32,000 bases of DNA. Origin: Gammaproteobacteria bacterium. GTDB taxonomy: Bacteria; Pseudomonadota; Gammaproteobacteria; Chromatiales; Chromatiaceae. The translations under genes were made by a program, and so were the position numbers. The notes beneath the pieces were generated by a model. That model did no database searches and was not told where the DNA came from. It saw nothing but the letters and a program-made list of their open reading frames with translations. This document shows, one piece after another, positions 27,109 through 32,000 of the stretch. Where the stretch lies: positions 23,236 through 55,235 of the forward strand of contig JASBTJ010000025.1 of the NCBI GenBank assembly GCA_030148485.1, given 5' to 3'. Numbering within the stretch: position 1 is the first letter of the stretch; every line of letters starts with the position of its first letter.

Positions 27109-28122
27109 CTATCGGTTGTTGTCAGGATCAAACACGAAGGTGATGTCCCGGAAGTCATTTTGCAGCGTGGCCGAAGCCGGCACCGGTAACGGGTCGGCCT
27201 TTCGAACTGCCGCTTCCACGGATCGGTCGAAGGCCCCGTTACCGCTGGACTTAACCACCTGGGCCAACAGCACCGAGCCGTTTACGCCCAGGCGAACACG
27301 CACCTCGCACTTCAGATTCGCGGTACCCGGCGGCCGCAGCCAGTTGCGCTCGATCTTGTTGCGGATCGCGGCGATGGCGGTGGCTCTCTCGCCGGCCAGT
27401 CGCTCGGATTCCAAGGCCGCGGCCATTTCCTTCTCACGCGCTTCCTGTTCCGCCTTGGCCCGGGCGACGGCCTCCTGACGCTTGCGTTCGGCCTCGGCCT
27501 TCCTGCGGGCCGCCTCGCGGGCCGCCTTTTCCTTGGCTTCGCGCTCCGCTTGGGCCCGAGCGTCGGCTTCCGCCTTGGCTTTTGCTTCGGCTGCGGCCTT
27601 TTTGCGTGCGACCTCCTCGGCCTTGCGCTTGGCCTCGGCCGCGGCGCGCTCCTGTTCTTGGGCCTTGCGCTGTTGTTCGAGTTCCTGGAGTTTCTTCGCC
27701 TCCGCCTGTTTTTTGCGCTCGATCTCGGCCAGGCGCTGCTGCTCTTGCGCCGCCTGCTTACGCGCCTGCTCGGCCCGCTCGGTGGCCTCAGCTTCCCGCG
27801 CCTTGCGGTCGGCCTCCAATTTCGCCAACCGCTGTTGCTCGGCCGCTTGTTGCTCGCGCAATTTTGCCAGCCTGTCCTGCTCGCGCTGCTCTGCCGCCGC
27901 TTGCTCCCGTGCGCGCCGATCCTGCTCTGCCTTAAGTTGTGCGGCCCGCTCGGCCACTTTGTCGGTATCCAGCAGACGGGCTTGGACGGGCGCCTGTTCG
28001 CCGACCCTCGGTTTGGGCTGGGTGCGCCATTCCAATCCCACGATCATGAACACCACCAGAGCCAGGTGTGCCGCAATAGCGAACACCACCGCCAGCGGAT
28101 TGCGCCGGAACAACTCGCGCAT
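27109..28122 (-). CDS. tolA: TolA cell-envelope integrity protein
   Basis: N-terminal TM, long KxAEAExKA/RKAEAERKR helical region, C-terminal TonB-like domain. Confidence 0.93.
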   Translation of the reverse strand: MRELFRRNPLAVVFAIAAHLALVVFMIVGLEWRTQPKPRVGEQAPVQARLLDTDKVAERAAQLKAEQDRRAREQAAAEQREQDRLAKLREQQAAEQQRLAKLEADRKAREAEATERAEQARKQAAQEQQRLAEIERKKQAEAKKLQELEQQRKAQEQERAAAEAKRKAEEVARKKAAAEAKAKAEADARAQAEREAKEKAAREAARRKAEAERKRQEAVARAKAEQEAREKEMAAALESERLAGERATAIAAIRNKIERNWLRPPGTANLKCEVRVRLGVNGSVLLAQVVKSSGNGAFDRSVEAAVRKADPLPVPASATLQNDFRDITFVFDPDNNR

Positions 28123-28125
28123 GGT

Positions 28126-28554
<429 letters not shown>

Positions 28555-28564
28555 GACGATGTCC

Positions 28565-29254
28565 TCAGGCGCCACCGACCTGGGCGCCGGCGTGGGCCTG
28601 GCGCTGCAGGATGTTGGAAAACTCTTCCAGGAAGTCGTCATAACGCCCTTCCAGGCGTTCCACGTTGTGCGAGAACTTGTTGTACACCACCACGGCCGGG
28701 ATGGCGGCGAACAGACCCATCGCCGTGGCGATCAACGCTTCGGCGATACCGGGCGCGACCAGGTTCAGCGTCGCCTGCTTGACGTTACCCAGCGCCTGGA
28801 AGGCGTTCATGATTCCCCACACGGTACCGAACAAGCCGACATACGGGCTGGTGTAACCCACCGTGGCCAGAAACGACAGATTGGTCTCCAGTTTGTCCAC
28901 CTCGCGGCTGCTGGCGACGCGCATGGCGCGGCGCACACTTTCCACCATGTCGGCGCTATCCAGGGCATGCCCTTCGCGCAGCTTGGCATATTCGCGAAAG
29001 CCGGCATGGAAGATCGCGCTCATGCCGGTGGCGGTGCTTTTGTCGATGCCACGATACAGCTTGGCCAGGTCACCCCCGGACCAGAAGCGCCGCTCGAACT
29101 CGTCCGCTTCCAGCCGGGCGGCCTTGAGCATCTTGAGACGGTCGAACACCATCGCCCAGGACACGACGGAGGCCATCAGCAGCGCCGCCATGACCAACTG
29201 GACCAGCGGGCTGGCGCCGAGCACCAGGTGCAGGAAGGAAAGATCAGTCTGCAT
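28565..29254 (-). CDS. tolQ: TolQ proton channel subunit
   Basis: 229 aa; [28 protein letters not shown]...[12 protein letters not shown]. Confidence 0.96.
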   Translation of the reverse strand: MQTDLSFLHLVLGASPLVQLVMAALLMASVVSWAMVFDRLKMLKAARLEADEFERRFWSGGDLAKLYRGIDKSTATGMSAIFHAGFREYAKLREGHALDSADMVESVRRAMRVASSREVDKLETNLSFLATVGYTSPYVGLFGTVWGIMNAFQALGNVKQATLNLVAPGIAEALIATAMGLFAAIPAVVVYNKFSHNVERLEGRYDDFLEEFSNILQRQAHAGAQVGGA

Positions 29255-29663
29255 CGCGCAACTTCTCCAAAATCAAATCGGGCACCGCCTTGGGGCGGAA
29301 ACGTTCAGGATCCACGCATACCACCTGCACCTCGGCACGGGCCAGGGGCTTGTCGTCATTTTCACGGATCACCTGCTGATCCAGCAGCAGCCGTGCGCCG
29401 CGGTTCTCACGCACGTCCACGGTCACCACCAAGGCATCGTTGAACCGTGCCGGGCGCAGATAATCGATGGCAACGCGGCTGACCACGAACAACACACCCT
29501 GGTCCGCCCGCAGCGCATCCTGCTCGAAGCCGGCCGCGCGCAGCCACTCAGTGCGCGCCCGTTCAAGAAAGTTCAAATACTGACTGTGATACACCACGCC
29601 GCCGGCGTCGGTATCCTCGTAGTAGACCCGTACGGGCCAATGAAATGCGGGTTTGGACGCCAT
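29244..29663 (-). CDS. ybgC: Tol-Pal associated acyl-CoA thioesterase
   Basis: VRVYYEDTDAGGVVYHSQYLNFLERARTEWLR hotdog thioesterase. Confidence 0.95.
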   Translation of the reverse strand: MASKPAFHWPVRVYYEDTDAGGVVYHSQYLNFLERARTEWLRAAGFEQDALRADQGVLFVVSRVAIDYLRPARFNDALVVTVDVRENRGARLLLDQQVIRENDDKPLARAEVQVVCVDPERFRPKAVPDLILEKLRDAD

Positions 29664-29693
29664 GATCGCGAACTGTTGGCTGGCTCGGTCGAG

Positions 29694-30740
<1,047 letters not shown>

Positions 30741-30988
30741 ATGTTTGGGGATGCCGAGGTCGAAATTACGCGCATGAACACCGCTCCGATGTCCCGCCAG
30801 GATACTACACCGGGACAAGGCACGACGCTCGTCTGGCGCGAACACTCGAGATTAGGTACCCTTCAGGCGTATAAGTACATAACGTGTGCGGTTTTAAAGC
30901 TTGGCGAAGATGGCCCGACAACCTGTATTGAGGCTGTCTCAAAGACCAAAATCGCCGGGTCAAATCTAATCTCAAGGGGGGGGGCGTC

Positions 30989-31513
30989 ATGCATATGTTT
31001 CGCCTGTTGTTCTGCGTTACGTGTTTATCGCTGGCGAGCAATCTCGCGTTCGCTGACAAGCCGTCCAGCGATACCGACAGCACCACGGAATCCGGCGACA
31101 CCCACGAGCATGAGGATTCCCAGGAGCATGAGGATTCCCAGGAGCACGAGGATTCCCAGGAGCACGAGGATTCCCAGGAGCACGAGGATTCCGGCGATTC
31201 CGGTGACTCCAGCGATTCTGGGGATTCCGGCGACTCGTCGAAATCGGGCCCGGAGAAAAAGGTCACCATTTGCCACTATCCCGGCGGCGACAAATCCAAG
31301 GGCCACACGATTACCATCTCGCAAAGCGCCGTAGCCCATCCGCATCAGTCCTTGCACGGCGACACGCTTGGCGCCTGCTCGGGAGGCAGCGCGGTACCCG
31401 CCGGCGGCAGCTCGGCGACGCTGACCATCTGCGGCGCCGCGGGCAAGCCCGGGCGAGCGGTTGTCGTGTCCGGCACCGGACGGGTCGGTAGCCGCCCGGC
31501 GACCTGCAAGTAA
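30989..31513 (+). CDS. Secreted protein with EHEDSQ tandem repeats and a C-terminal ICHYPGG...HGDTLGAC module
   Basis: Signal peptide MHMFRLLFCVTCLSLASNLAFA; acidic repeat region; VTICHYPGGDKSKGHTITISQSAVAHPHQSLHGDTLGAC. Confidence 0.8.
   Translation: MHMFRLLFCVTCLSLASNLAFADKPSSDTDSTTESGDTHEHEDSQEHEDSQEHEDSQEHEDSQEHEDSGDSGDSSDSGDSGDSSKSGPEKKVTICHYPGGDKSKGHTITISQSAVAHPHQSLHGDTLGACSGGSAVPAGGSSATLTICGAAGKPGRAVVVSGTGRVGSRPATCK
31106..31192 (+). repeat. 18-bp in-frame tandem repeat, 5 units (last truncated)
   Basis: gagca(t/c)gaggattcccag repeated; encodes EHEDSQ. Confidence 0.95.
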
Positions 31514-31547
31514 CGCCTGAGGTGCGATGTGCCCGATCAGCGGGGCG

Positions 31548-32000
31548 TCAAGCCTTCACGGCACCTTGCAAGGCGGCCTTGATGATGTCTTCCGTTCCAC
31601 AGCCCGCCGCATCGACGGCGCGCACCATGCGGCTGGCATCAGCTGGCTTGTAGCCCAGCGCGACCAGGGCGCTCAGCGCGTCCGCCACCGGATCGGCCGG
31701 CGTCGAGCCGGCGGCGGGCGTGGCCATAGGCTGCAATGGTGCAGCGTTACCCGATAGCCCTTCCAGGCGATCACGCATCTCCACCACCAACCGCTCGGCG
31801 GTCTTTTTGCCCACCCCGGGCACCCGGGTGAGCGCGGCGATGTCACCCGCCTGCACGCACAGCGCGAACTCGTCCGCGGTCATGCCTGACAGGATCGCCA
31901 ACGCCATCTTGCCGCCCACGCCGTTGACCTTGAGCAAGGCGCGAAACAACGCACGATCCCCTTCACGGGCGAAGGCGTAGAGGATATGGGCGTCTTCGCG
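31548..32000 (-). CDS. ruvA: Holliday junction branch migration protein RuvA, 5' end beyond the window
   Basis: REDAHILYAFAREGDRALFRALLKVNGVGGKMALAILSGMTADEF...VPGVGKKTAERLVVEMRDRL. Confidence 0.95.
   Translation of the reverse strand, partial: REDAHILYAFAREGDRALFRALLKVNGVGGKMALAILSGMTADEFALCVQAGDIAALTRVPGVGKKTAERLVVEMRDRLEGLSGNAAPLQPMATPAAGSTPADPVADALSALVALGYKPADASRMVRAVDAAGCGTEDIIKAALQGAVKA

Noticed and set aside
27109-28122. Low-complexity, compositionally extreme ORF
   Set aside because: This is the normal alanine/lysine/glutamate-rich helical domain of TolA in its usual tolQRAB-pal context.
31106-31192. Tandem 18-bp units, considered as a CRISPR or intergenic satellite
   Set aside because: Contiguous direct repeats without spacers, in frame within a signal-peptide-bearing CDS.

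Overview
GC-rich gammaproteobacterial-type chromosome segment. The left flank (about 1-5.7 kb) holds the distal part of a multisubunit cation/proton antiporter operon (DUF4040, MnhG, MnhF and MnhE-like), phosphoribulokinase, a FIST-domain protein, a possible structured RNA with a strong terminator, and a J-domain protein. A defence-related patch (about 5.7-8.3 kb) contains a degraded type I restriction HsdM remnant and an AbiE-like (AbiEi/AbiEii) gene pair with dyads in its promoter. From about 8.3-8.6 to 21.6 kb lies an integrated element next to tRNA-Lys(UUU). It has a tyrosine integrase, an AlpA-like regulator, a DUF1376-type replication protein, a DnaB/RecA-fold ATPase, a DUF4224 protein, and a giant PLxRFG-type polyvalent protein that fills about half of it. 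I see no terminase, portal, capsid or tail genes. Three coding oddities sit in this element: (i) two long ORFs in the same frame are separated by one amber TAG, (ii) the DUF1376 reading is continued by a -1 frame ORF at a 22-nt perfect palindrome, and (iii) a protein-like ORF is nested out of frame in the giant gene. The right flank (21.6-32 kb) is housekeeping: YeeE/YedE transporter, queC, queE, cpoB-pal-tolB-tolA-tolR-tolQ-ybgC, ruvB and ruvA. A secreted protein with five QEHEDS repeats is inserted on the opposite strand between ruvB and ruvA.
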